Assembly (NCBI GenBank): GCA_002269645.1
Contig: NIVC01001688.1
Span: forward strand, 185,836-249,835
Origin: Macrostomum lignano
Taxonomy: Eukaryota
DNA: 64,000 bases
Direction: 5' to 3'
Numbering within the stretch: the first letter of the stretch is position 1; every line of letters starts with the position of its first letter. Both the position numbers and the translations under genes were made by a program. The notes beneath the pieces are model-generated. The model had not been told where the DNA came from. It worked only from the letters and a program-made list of their open reading frames with translations, and did not search any database. Positions 35,298-47,569 of the stretch are shown here, one piece after another.

Positions 35298-35704
35298 CTC
35301 GCATAGTACTTCATTGGCGTCAATTTCTTGCCATTACTCATGCGCAACTCTGGGTGCCAGCCGTCCTCGCCATTCGGGAACAGCAGCACATACTCCAGCG
35401 GGTCATATGAGCGGTGCGTCTCACTGATTCGCTGAGAATCGCCACCACGCAGTTGAATCACGACGTCCCGACTGGCCGGTACGTCCTCATTGTCCTCAAC
35501 GATCAGGATACCGACCTCATTTGCCGTAGGCAAATTGTAGCGCCTGATTTCAAACGGAGTTTGTGCGATAAAAATTCTGTACAAATCGAATCACTTAGTA
35601 CGCTTTTTTGCCAGTCCGAGTTACAATCAAAATCATAATTTCATTTTACTTCGCTTTCGTTTACATTTTTAAGTTTCGTTATAACAAACAAACAAACTTA
35701 CCGA

Positions 35705-36540
35705 ATGTGTTCCCCAGATGGTCGACGGTCAGGGTGAATCACAATTCGCGCATCTCCCAGCTCCGGGTCTTGGCTAATTCGCTCAGCAGCAGCCTTCAGG
35801 CTGCGGACATAGCCGTTGCACTCGTGAAGCAGCGTCTGCAGCAGCTCCAGAACGGACTGGAGCACGGACCTCCAGGAGTCCCGGAGCACGGCGGCAACGG
35901 AGTTTCTGCAGTCACTGCCTGAGGCCGACATCTGCGCGTGGACAGACGGATCGGTGGCGGACGGCACCGGTCCCGGCGGCAGCGCCGCTATAATCTGCAC
36001 GACCTTGGCGAGTCACGTGCGCAAGGCCCCGGCCGGAATCATCTGTAGCTCCTTTGACGCAGAAATGATAGCCATCCGCGAAGCACTGGTTTTTATTAGG
36101 AACAACTGCAGCCCGAGCGAAAAGAAGATTCGCCTATGTAGCGACTCTTTATCGTCATTGACAGCACTAGGGGCCGGACCACTAGCCCAGGCGACTAAGA
36201 CCGGTACGGACTGCTGGCGCCACATGCTAGACATCAGCGAAACGGCCGACATAGAACTAATCTGGGTGCCAGCCCACTGCGGCATCAGCCTTAATGAAGC
36301 GGCGGACCGCGCGGCCGGCATGGCAAGAGGCTTGCCCCAAGAGTTAGTGCCCATCTCCTTCAACGCCGCAAAAGCAGCCATTCGCCGCGATCGCCGGACC
36401 CTGGAGAAAGAAACCCTGCCGCAACCCTGGCCGGACTTCAAAGCGAGAGACCGGCGGGAGCAACCGGCGGTGTGCCAGCTTCGCGCAGGCATGACGATGC
36501 TCTGCGCCGAGATCCAGCTCCTCCGGAACCCGGGAAAATG
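35705..36540 (+). mobile_element. Ingi/I-group non-LTR RNase H fragment, antisense inside a Helitron B intron
   Basis: WTDGS...SSFDAEMIAI...CSDSLSSL...WVPAHCGISLNEAADRAA...CQLRAG; same family as 28100 and 57280. Confidence 0.9.
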
Positions 36541-37469
36541 TCTCTCGCTTTTTCGGAGCATGGGGCGATGGCCCCCGCAAATTTCGGCGCCGCCGCGCCG
36601 GTAATGCGAGCGCTGAAGAAGAAGAAGAAGAAGCTCCAGTAGCTCCGGCTTCACCTTCTGGCTGAGACTCTGGCGGCTTTCGAGTTCACGATCATTGAAA
36701 TACACCTGCCATCCCTGAGCTTCAGCCGAAGCCTCTGCAAACAGCGGCGCCGTGCGGTGATGCATCTGGCCGCTGATGATGAAGCTGGGACACCAGCCTG
36801 GCACCAACCGCAGTTTGGCACCCAGCGATGTCAGGTGCAGCGCCGAGTTGTAGCTCCTGATGTTGGTCAGGAACTCGGCACTCATTCTGTGCCGCCCCAG
36901 GTACAGATCCGCCAGCACTTGAGGCACGGTGCGGCTGGGCAGCTTCACTTTACCTTTGGCGCAGCAGAAATTCCTCGTCTCTGTGCGCCAGAGTAGAGCA
37001 CCGCATTCATTGCATGCCCTGTCCATTGGGCCACAGGCATGGGCTGGGGCCTCTGTCCTCGGTATTCTGTCAGGCCTGTGATCGAGTTATATGCATGCAC
37101 AAAATGGTTACTATAAGTTGGTGATTTCAGTGCTGGGGTACTGGCGCTGTAATCGCGTTTAGCTGACAGGGCGGTCGCCTTTGTGCGTGCTTGCGCGGGC
37201 TGTTCTTTGTGCCGGCGTGTGGGGGGGGGTGGGGGTGCGCGGGGTGTTGGGGCGGTTGGCCTTTTGGCGGTTGGCCTTTTATGTACGTGTGCGATGTTCT
37301 GTTCAGCGCGTTTGCCCTCGCAATTTGTAAAATGTAAGATGAAATGTAAAATGTAAATATACAACCTACAATATAAAAACTACAATATAAAAAATTACAC
37401 TGACCAGTAGCACAAATAAGCCTACCTATTTTGAGCAGATCCTGCATTAGAATGACCTGCACCAAAATG

Positions 37470-37980
37470 ACCTGAATCGGAGAGATCTGCCCTCTGCTCC
37501 GTTAAACTCGGCGCCACTGCATCTGCAACGGGCTCGGAAACTGGCAGTGGATCAGTCACGCGCAACGACTCATAGTGCTCATGACATGACGTAAAGGAAT
37601 ACGCACAATTGCAGTGGGTGGCTGCACATTGGACATGCAGTACTGCAATACACTACCATTTGCCTGATAAATAACCAGGTCAACATTAAAAAAGCGGCTT
37701 AAAAGTGGCACAACTTCATCAGGAACGTAGGTGCCCTCAGAAAAAGACTCATTAATAATAGAATCAGCATTTTCCGGTAAAACAAAGCCTTCGTCAATCA
37801 ATTCTGGCATTACCTGCACTGCACGACACGTCAGCTCCTGCCTTAAAGACGTCAAGCGGAGTGCCCTGCAACTGGTCACAGACTGCATGAAAAAAGCAAT
37901 TCCCATCACCAGGGATCCGAATAAAAGTTAGCGTATTGAATGGGACCACAGCTGGTGTGGCCAACTCACTACTGTCAAAC
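37470..37980 (-). pseudogene. OTU cysteine protease exon of Helitron B (two frameshifts)
   Basis: Acceptor at 37981-37982 joins the phase-2 donor at 38283 in frame: NR|FDSS...IRIPGDGNCFFHAVCDQLQG; later GTYVPDEVVPLLSRFFNVDLVIY and EHYES. Confidence 0.88.
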
Positions 37981-40499
37981 CTGAAAGATTGAAATTATGT
38001 TTAAGACGGTAGACTTCGAAAAACTTATTATCACATACTCTAATAAGAAACTACTTCTCACAAATACAGATTCTTAGAAAAACATTCCTACAAATAGTTT
38101 CTTAGAAACGTTTCTTAGAAATACAGATTCTTAGAAAAACATTTCTTATAAATACAGATTCTTAGAAACATATTCCTAAAACACATACAACAGATTCTAA
38201 GAAACCCAGATGTCACAAATACAGATTTTGTTGGTTACATATCGATTATCATTCCCCGGACACAATTAAAATGGTCGTCTTACCTGTTAACTGACACTCC
38301 TCGAAGGCGAATTAGTTCGGTTTCCACTCGAGTTCTTTGCTGAGCGTTGGTTTCCATTGCCCTTCGCTCAGCCTGTTGCTGCCGAAGTCCAGCCAGCCGC
38401 TCTTCTCGCTGAGCAACAGTCTCCCTGGCCATTCGCTCAGCCTGTTGTTGCCGAAGTCCAGCCAGCCGCTCTACTCGTTGAACTCGTTGTTTTTGCTGAC
38501 GCTTCTTCTTAGCATATCTGCTTTTTTTCAAGGCACTGGTCCCACGTCGAGCCATTTTAGAACCTCTAAGAACCTCTAAGAACTTAGGTGACTTTTCTTT
38601 TAACAGGATGTCCACACCGGCTCGAAGGATCACAAGCCCAACAGCCGAGCGCGACGGCTGGCAACCACGGCGGATCGGCCAGGTCGAATCAACGGCAAAA
38701 TCGACTGGGCCTGGCTGCGAGCCACAGCTCATCTGCACGTAGATGCCGACGGGAATCGTCTTTGGCCCGCCGAAGTTGAATTGCTGAGGGCAGACGCCGG
38801 GTTCGACCGCCACCTACGGCCCGTGCGGCTGACTGCGCTGTATCAGATCAAACTCCAGCCGGCAAATCGGCATCACGAAGGGGACGCCCTCACGCCGCTA
38901 CTTGCCGAGGCCAAGAGGGTCGGTGCGCCTCCGGAGTCTCGCCATCATTTGCGGATGGACCGGCTGGGGGCTGCCGGAGCTCTTCAGGCCGCCGCTTCAC
39001 CTGTGATTATATTACTGCATTGCCTAATGCCTCACCGTGACTGTAATTTTCATTGAAACTGACTTGATACATAGCTCTAACCGGTGGGCAAATTTTATTT
39101 TGTGCGTTGCTTTCGCCATGGTTTAGCGATAATATTCTGCGTGTTCATCGTTCTATGTAGGTGATAATTGAAATTGGTAAATGACACCTGCCCATAAGGA
39201 GCTGGAAACGCGTCATTTCAAATTCTTAACAAATTGACCGATTTTCTCGCAACGGAAAGTTTTGTTTTTGTTTTACCATTTTTGACTAAATTTCTAAATA
39301 TAAATAAATACACAAATAAATCGTAACTAAATTTTAAGAGCCTGACGATGCCTGACGCAAGGCGAAACATGTCGCATAACAAAAAATAATTGCGCTCACG
39401 TTCTTAATTCTGCTTAACTTTAACTGAGACTGATACTGACTGCCTGAGAAATTGATTGTGTCATAACTGCTTCGTGTAACTTTTACTCTAACTGACTTTG
39501 GTTTGATAAGTTCCACTGTAAGTCCCTTGCGTTGCTCTTTTTCAATATCACCATGAAAAAACTAATATAAATATGGAATGCAAAAAACTGGAACAGAATT
39601 AACTGGAACAGAACTGGACAGAATTAAGACACTATTCGATTAATTGAGTAGAAATTATTTACTTTACCTCATCGAATTTTCTATCAGTTTAAATTTAAAG
39701 ATGTCTCAGACACCAACGAAGCCTGATAGCTACATCGACATGTGGGCTCGGGAAGCAAGAGCTATTGAACAGCACAGGAATGGCTTTCTCGCCGGAAAAA
39801 GATCAAGAGTACTGGAGCCACTTAAACGAATTGGAAAGCAGGAAGGGGACCAGAAGAAGGCGCTGACTAGTCTTATTGCAGATTAAGTATCATGTAACAC
39901 TTAAATTGTAGATTTCAATTTCCATAAGTGTAGATTGGCTGGCCAATCGCTGTTAGCGGGGCCGGGGGGGGGGCTTGTCGTCGCCCGTGTTTGGGGGTGC
40001 TTGGTCCGGGGGTGGGTGCGCCGCCCCCGGGGCGGGGGTGGGTGTTTGTGGGGCCTTTTTAGCCCCGTGCGTTGTGCCCGCCTCAGCCTATCTCTCCTCG
40101 CCAGCTTGCGTGCGTTTTTTTAGGTACGATTATGATTATAGGTACAGAAGTATGTCACTTGTACATTACAGTATCCTGCGAGACCATCTCGTGGCGGGAC
40201 TTTCCACTATGGCATTTCAAAATATATGTGAATACGTAATGAAGCCACGAAAAGAGTGAAAATCAAGTGAAAAGTCCTAAATGATCTCTTCAGCATTCAG
40301 TCTTCTTATTTTGAAATAAAACTTCTATAGATGGCATAGAACTTAACTGCTTGTAAATATGGAAACTAGCCTGTTATAATACGAGTAATATTAATAATAA
40401 TCTAGTATACTAAATCTTATTAATACTAATAATACAAATACTAATTTTAATAATATATAATGAGAAGTGCCACATTTCATTGTATGAATTCGAGGAGAG

Positions 40500-40565
40500 C
40501 TAGCCTGATGTGAACAGACTGATCTGCTAATGCAGGAACCTGGGTTCGAATCTTAGTAGTGCAAT
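40500..40565 (+). mobile_element. tRNA-Ser(GCU)-derived SINE-like head; second copy at about 59282-59345
   Basis: (gg)actgctaat anticodon-arm-like segment and B-box GGGTTCGAATC in both copies; acceptor stem not recognisable. Confidence 0.55.
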
Positions 40566-40698
40566 GTTTTATTAAAAGTTTTTATTAAATGTTGAAATTG
40601 ACGCCCATGAAGAAGCAAGAATCAAAGTTTTAAGATTTTTTAAAATTTAAATTTACAATGATTTGTGATCTTTTTAATACTTTTTTTGACGCTCCAGG

Positions 40699-41620
40699 TC
40701 TCCCCCATGTGCACTTTCTGCTGTGGCTCGTGAGCGGTCAGCGAGTGACTCCGGACCGATACGATGGCATCGTGTCTGCCGAGATTCTGGACCCAGAGCA
40801 GCAGCCTGTGCTGTATGAGCTGGTGAAGACGCACATGATCCATGGCCTCTGCAGCAAGGAGAATCCGGCGTGTCCTTGCAAGGAGAATCCGGCGTGTCCT
40901 TGCAAGGAGAATCCGGCGTGTCCTTGCAAAGAGAATCTGGCGTGTCCTTGCAAGGAGAATCCGGCGTGTCCTTGCAAGGAGAATCCGGCGTGTCCTTGCA
41001 AGGAGAATCCGGCGTGTCCTTGCAAGGAGAATCCGGCGTGTCCTTGCAAGGAGAATCCGGCGTGTCCTTGCATGGAGAATGGCGAATGCAGCAAGGGCTT
41101 TCCGAAAGAGTTCCAGCAGGTGACGCTGACCAGCGATACTGGCTACCCACTGTACCGCAGACTGTAGCCTGAGATGGGCGGATTTACAGTGGACAAACTG
41201 TTCAAAGGCCGGAGCATTCGCATGGACAACAGGGGAGTTCAAACGCTAATATATTGCTTAGCTGTGCTTTGCTGCTTTTGTTTCTGAAAGTTAATGATAT
41301 TATTTTTTTATTAAAACAGGTGGGTCGTTCCGTACAGCCCTGACCTGTTGCTCCAGTTTGCGTGCCACATGAACGTCGAAGTTTGCGCCACCGTGAAGTC
41401 GGTGAAGTATGTGATCAAGTACTTGCTAAAAGGTGGCGACATGGCGACGCTTAAAGTCGATGCCAATAGGAATTCTACTGAACCGAGAGAGCAGGCAGTG
41501 GGTAACCATCAGCTGATGCAAACGACAGGAAATGAGCCGCGTGATGAGATTAAGGAGTACCTGTCCGCGCGCTACATTGGTCCAATGGAAGCCGTGAATA
41601 CCATCTTGGGCTTTGAAGTA
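40699..41620 (+). mobile_element. Helitron C: Rep fragment (two exons)
   Basis: Acceptor ctccag then [10 protein letters not shown]...GYPLYRR; second exon from about 41320 WVVPYSPDLLLQFACHMNVEVCATVKSVKYVIKYLLKG...DEIKEYLSARYIGPMEA. Confidence 0.9.
40856..41071 (+). repeat. In-frame 24-bp coding minisatellite, KENPACPC x9
   Basis: aaggagaatccggcgtgtccttgc x9; single-copy in Helitron B. Confidence 0.97.
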
Positions 41621-42190
41621 ATTCGCATTCTAATTATTATTGGCTAATTTTAACCAGAACTGTGAACACTTCGTCATAGTATAAATTGAGTTTCCATCGA
41701 CCGCAAGAGCAAAAGCGAGAACGTTCCAAATGTTCCAGGCTCGTAGCGGCTATTTAATCAACCATGCAGTGTGCAGCAATTCCGCATTAGGTGTGGTTTT
41801 GCAGTTGGCCAGTTACCCCAAAATACTGAATAGGATTTAGGAGTGGGAAAAATAAAATTGACTTCTAAAAACTAAAATTTTTGCACTTTAATTAAATAAT
41901 AGAAGTAGGCGTGTCTTAGAAGTAGATTTTGTTTACAGTTTAAAATTTTATTACTGTTTATTAGCATAGAGTCCGAGAGTGCGCGCACTAGAGAGTAAGT
42001 ACATTGGTTGAATTTGTTTCAGTGTACATTCAGAAATTTTATCTTATCAGTTATTGCCAGTGAGAGCGAGGTGAACGATTCCGCTCATTAGATAAAATAG
42101 GAAAGCTAGATTAGTGAATTTGTTATAGCCTTACAAGTTGTACTTTCTGAAGTTGCAGTAATAGAAATTCCGATTGGTTAAAACTTAGCA

Positions 42191-43400
42191 ATGGCACAAG
42201 ACGGAGAAATTAGTCAAGAATCTAAGTCAGTTGAGATTAGGAACGAAGGTGAAATAGATGAGGCCGAACATTTGAGAACGGTAGTAAGAGAATTGCAGGA
42301 CCGCATAAGAAGAATGGAAAGCGAAAATCCCGAGCCTAGAGTGATTTTGAAATCTCATAACAGTGTAGCAAAGCCCAAGCCATACCGACTTGGCTCAGAT
42401 TTCGAATTGTTTCTAAGAATCTTCAACAGCTACTGTCAAGGCAACAGTATAGACGAATCGGCCAAAGTGTACCAACTATTGTCGCTACTCGAAGATGAAG
42501 ACGCCTACAAGGTTTACATTAACTTAGGCCTATCGAGTACCGAATCTTTCGAAAGCATTGAAAAGACTTTAAAGGACAAATTCAAGCTCGTAGGACAGAA
42601 GGAAGAGGCGAAGCTAGAAGACGAATCATTAGAAGAATTCTACGACGCGCTAGTTGAATTAGTTAAGAAGGCAGGACTAGAGAGTCAGGCTAGAGAGCGA
42701 GTTTCTGAACGATTTGAAGCCGGCATAGCAAATTACAAAGTAAGGCGCGCAGTCATCGCTTATCGCAGAACCCACGAGTCGAAGTACCAGACGCAAGATT
42801 TGTTTACCGCAGCCAAGAACGAGGAGATCCTCGAAGAACTCGCAAACCCAGGCAGTCAAAAGAATAGAAGGAAGCAAGAGGGCTCAAATACTTTGACAGC
42901 TCAAGTAGAAAAGGAACAGAAGAAGCCAGTGCCAGCACCCAGCTCGGGGCAGGGCCACCAGTCATTTTGACCTCAGTTTGCTTCCCCAGCCAACTATCCT
43001 TCGCAGTACCAACCGTTAATACCAACCGAGAATTATCAGCCTCAGTTCGACTGCAGGCAATGGCAACCTAGGTTCGCCCATAGACAGATGAATCCAAGCT
43101 ATAGGCCACAGGCACCAGTGCAGCCTCCGAATAGCTTTCGGCCTCAGCATCCTATGAGCAGTTACTCAAGACCCTATAATAGGCAGTCTTCGCCCTTTGT
43201 CAGGCCCGCCACGCTTTGGTCACGATGCCGGAGGGGCCGATGACAGGTTCAAACCTACGGGGGCGAACGCGCCAAATGCGAGAAAGGCTTGTTATGAGTG
43301 CGGCAACGAAAGCCACCTGGCCAGAGACTGTCCGACTAGACGAAATTCTTTAAACTACCGACGGGGCGGCACCAAGGGAGGGGTAACCGCCCCCAGCCAC
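42191..43400 (+). mobile_element. Ty3/Gypsy gag region (frameshifted)
   Basis: Coiled-coil start, PKPYRLGSDFELFLRIF, ESLEEFYDALVELV, and CCHC knuckle CYECGNESHLARDC near 43270-43330. Confidence 0.8.
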
Positions 43401-44149
43401 TAAATCGATTCGCTCCCAACAGAAGAGCTGCAGCAGTAGAGGACCAACGAGTTAGATCCGGCAATTTAGAATATGGAAATTTAGTTTGGTACAATTATTA
43501 CAGAGGCTACGGATTCCTGCGAGATAACAATAATAGAGATATATTCTTTCATGTGACTAATACTAATATAGCAACTGATTACGAAATTATGCACTTTCTG
43601 CGCCAGAGGGTGACGGTAAAATTTATCCGCACTAATGATGCTACTCATAGTAGGAAACAGAGAGCAGTTAATGTTAAAAAATTGCTCAAGCGAGGAACGC
43701 AGATTAGCAGAAGTTGACAAACAGAAGTCAGCGAGCTTAGCTAGACAATCAGAGCCATTGACAGAAGAATTAGAGAAGCGAAGCAAAGCTGCGGCAGCTC
43801 AGAGAAGTGCGTTAAACAGCAAAGGCTTGCGATTTAGTGAAGTAGAAGGAAAGAAAGCTTCAGAAAACGAATCGAAAGTAATAAAAGAATTATCAGATCT
43901 AAGAAACGAATTGAAGGACTTGCGCTAATGCTTGGTAGGAAAAGCCCAAGAAGAGCCAGCGAAGGAAGAACCAGAAAAGAGTGCAACGACAGCAGAACTT
44001 ATCTGAACTGAAGATAGAGCTGAACTTAGGGAAATGAAGCAGGAATTAAGAAAGCTAGAGACAGCCATCCAGCGAGATGTAGCAGCTGAAAAGAAAGCAA
44101 CAGAGAAGCAAGAGTCAGCGAAGAGCGTAGAAGCAGACATATCAAGCCA

Positions 44150-44448
44150 ATTAGTGAACTCAGGATTATTTCTCGACAGCAAGCTTAACGGATTAAGCGA
44201 AAAAATTTTAGTTGACACCGGCGCCTCGAATTGCCTAATTGATAAGAAATTATATCAGCGCCTCTATCCAGCAAAGCATAGTCTGAAGCCACGCTCAGTA
44301 AAATGCGATCCGCCAATGGCCAGACTTCAAATCTATTAGGCCAAGTAGCATTACGCGTCAGATTTGGGGATTGAAAGATCACGCATCCATTCTATGTTGC
44401 TGAAGGATTACTAACATCATCAATAATAGGCATCGATCTGCTAACTAG
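44150..44448 (+). mobile_element. Ty3/Gypsy aspartic protease region
   Basis: KILVDTGASNCLI...IIGIDLLT; continues as RHKIKLD at 51361 once the insertion is removed. Confidence 0.88.
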
Positions 44449-44559
44449 TGAATGAAGACGCTGTCGTCTTCAAAGGTGGGACGATGGGTATATATTGTGT
44501 CCATTATTGTTTATGGCTATGACATCTATTTATTTAACCTAAATTGAGAGCTAAAAAGC

Positions 44560-45000
44560 CCCCCACGCCCCTGGCATTAGTTAGTCTAGTGGTATAGTGG
44601 GGGGCTGGCCGCCCCCCACGCCCCTGGCATTAGTTAGTCTAGTGGTATAGTGGGGGACTGGCCGCCCCCCGCGCCCCTGGCATTAGTTAGTCTAGTGGTA
44701 TAGTGGGGGGCTGGCCGCCCCCCACGCCCCTGGCGTTAGTTAGTCTAGTGGTATAGTGGGGGCTGGCCGCCCCCACGCCCCTGGCGTTAGTTAGTCTAGT
44801 GGTATAGTGGGGGGCTGGCCGCCCCCCACGCCCCTGGCATTAGTTAGTCTAGTGGTATAGTGGGGGGCTGGCCGCCCCCCACGCCCCTAGCGTTAGTTAG
44901 TCTAGTGGTATAGTGGGGGGCTGGCCGCCCCCCACGCCCCTGGCATTAGTTAGTCTAGTGGTATAGTGGGGGGCTGGCCGCCCCCCACGCCCCCCCCACC
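44560..45000. repeat. About 53-bp central tandem repeat of unit 1
   Basis: ggcattagttagtctagtggtatagtggggggctggccgccccccacgcccct, about 8 copies. Confidence 0.95.
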
Positions 45001-47569
45001 CCTCCACAACTTTTCCCACGTCTTTGTAATATGTTACAACTATATTCCAGCTTTCAGACGACCAGACACCAAATACTTGCTTGCCGACATGTATCGTAAT
45101 ATACTTTTTGCACTAACAATCATACGTGCCGCACTAAAAGATTCACTGTTACTCTTTAAATACTTATAAAAAGAATAATAAATTTAAATTAAATTTAATA
45201 TAATTGTATAAGAAATATAGGAGTAAGAGAAATAAAAAATACTAAAAGTCTGTTTGCTCTAAAAAACTTTAAAATACAAAAGTTATCAGACCACTTGGGA
45301 ATCGAACCCTGCAGCGCTCAATTATAAGGCAACTAACTTTGTCACTGAGCCACCAGTTGCTTACGAGTTGATCCAACAGTACACGCGTTTTATATCACAT
45401 ATCACTAATACAGTAATAGCAGCCAGTTCTACCATTTTTGCTGCTTTTTCATACATTTCTGCTCGCTGCATCGCAACGCCTTAACCCAAAAATACGAGTC
45501 GCATATCGTTACAGAGCTAACATCAAGGCGCATTCATCCAATGCATTTTCAAATTATGTCAACAAATTTTACGGCTCCTAGGCGCCAAATAATGCATTTT
45601 CACCTGTTCTGACAGGTAATCAAACAGGTATTAAGACCTGTTAACCTAAGAATCAATTTTCAAAACTAATTTAGTTGCATAGTACATCAGTAGTGCTGTT
45701 TTTAGACACCAAACTTGAGTCTCTAGGCCTTGCCAATGCAGAGTTATTAGCAAAAGTATGCTCAAAATTTGCCCAAAAATAGCTTACTCAAAATTCGGAG
45801 CCAATTTTCTCAAAAATACGAATTTTCCAGCCATATTGGCGTATGACCTATTAAACTTCAGCTATTCGACTAAACAATATTGAAAATGCAGAAAAATCGG
45901 TGCGCAAAAATTCTTATTTTTCGACTTCAAAGTTTGTACCCCCAAATGGGCCGTTTTTCACTTAACAGGTAAAAAGTACCTGTTAACAGGGGTTTTTTCA
46001 GGAGTGTCTTATGTCATTCAAAAGGGCATCCGATGGGCTACAATTTGACGCCATACTCGAAAAACTTTGCCCCATTTTAAAAAAATTTCCTTAACAACGT
46101 CTGATTTTCTGCAGTGCCCCCCGGCCTCTTTTTTCCCTGGTTTCCGGGTCACTGCTCAGCACAGGTAGGTCCAAATGCTTAGAAAATTTAGGAAAACAAA
46201 TTTCCATATGTTTGACACGTCGTGTTAAAGTCTCAACACCGTAGCATAAAACACTTTTTCAAGTTTGAGGACTGCTTTTTTAAAACGTGACCCAATTTTT
46301 CGAAAACGACGTTTTTAGGCACTCTTTGGCACCTGGGCAGGTTATTGATGGCCCAATCGGCCAAATGTCGATGTTTCTGATTAAAAGACATCCATTTGAG
46401 TAATTTGGTGTAGAAATATTAAAAAATAAAGTTTTCCATCTCGACGAGATAGGCCTCACAAAAGTGCACTAAAAATTTGTACTTTTAAAGTGCAGATAGG
46501 CAGCCATGTGAAAAGTACATTTTAGCCGAAAAAAATTTAGCGCATCAAACAGCCTTAAGTGTTTTTAAGGCTAGGAGGCAGCTCAAAGGCCGCGCGAAAG
46601 CGCGTCCTTTTCGCTGCGGTAAGGCAAAGTTGAAAAAAATGCCTATTTTTCGACCTCAAAAAACACGTTTTTTGTACTTTTACCCTAAAAGTGAAAGTAC
46701 AATCAAAAAATCCATTTCAGATCATTGTAGCGTTTGAATGCCCGCGCTTACTGAGCCCACTCGCTAAGCGCTGCCATATTCTCAATCCTTATTTTTTGAC
46801 ATCAAAGTTTTTGACAAAGTTGAAAAAACGCAGTTTTTGGTTGCCATGGCAACCAAAATGCGTTGCCATAGCAACCAACTATTGTGCATCCGATAGCGCT
46901 AGGTCTTTGACACATTTTGGCAAAAACTGTTTGTAAATCAGTCGTACCGTTTTTTATGCGCCGCGTTTAAACGTTGAAAAACGTCATTTTAGTGTATGAC
47001 ATATGGCGCACATCTTATCAGGGACGATTTCGCAAAAGTAAGCAGCATAGAAAAAAATTCTCGCTTCGCTCGCATTTTTTCCTATACTACTTACTGGCTC
47101 ATCGTCCCACAACTAGTGAATGAAGACGCTGTCGTCTTCAAAGGTGGGACGATGGTTTATATATTGTTTGTAACTTTTATGGCCTAATTTTAAATTTAAA
47201 AAAAACTAAGAAGCTTAGTTGATTATAATTTAATTTAAACAAAGTTTAAGCATAACTGTTTAAAAAATTAATAAAAATACTTATGATGGTTTATTATGTC
47301 CATTATTGTTTATGGCTTAATATAAATTTTTAAAAAAACTAAGAAGCTAAGAACTAAATAGCTTAATGGGCTACATTTTCAATTTGATTTAAACAAAGTT
47401 TATACATAACTGTGGAAATATAATAATAAAAAATATTTTATTAGATTACAAGAATATCCACTCTGCTGTTGTGTAGAAAGGGTTGTTAAGGCGGTTGTTG
47501 TTGTTTGTTGGTTGTAAAAGGGGTTGTTGTTGTTGGGGTTTTTGTTGTTGTTGGGGTTGTTGTTGTTGT

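Larger units (their letters stand above)
33373..38555 (-). mobile_element. Helitron B: 5' half of an intron-containing RepHel gene (N-terminal repeats, OTU, Zn-binding region, Rep); helicase absent
   Basis: ATG at 38555 with QREERLAGLRQQQAERR repeats; OTU exon; MDRACNECGALLW...FCCAKGKV...NIRSYNSA (37026-36540); YNLPTANEV...HRSYDPLEYVLLFP; PDLFVTATCNPNW (motif I); YQKR|[10 protein letters not shown] (HUH); [25 protein letters not shown]. Confidence 0.92.

Noticed and set aside
40500-40565. Functional tRNA genes at 40500, 59282, 45290 and 48655
   Set aside because: They have B-boxes but no complete cloverleaf; treated as tRNA-derived repeat heads
41690-42190. 5' LTR of the Gypsy element
   Set aside because: No matching repeat after 55035 and no clear PBS before gag
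44560-45000. CRISPR-like regular repeats (also 32040-32440 and 59405-59740)
   Set aside because: Units are contiguous with no unique spacers, there are no cas genes, and the context is eukaryotic
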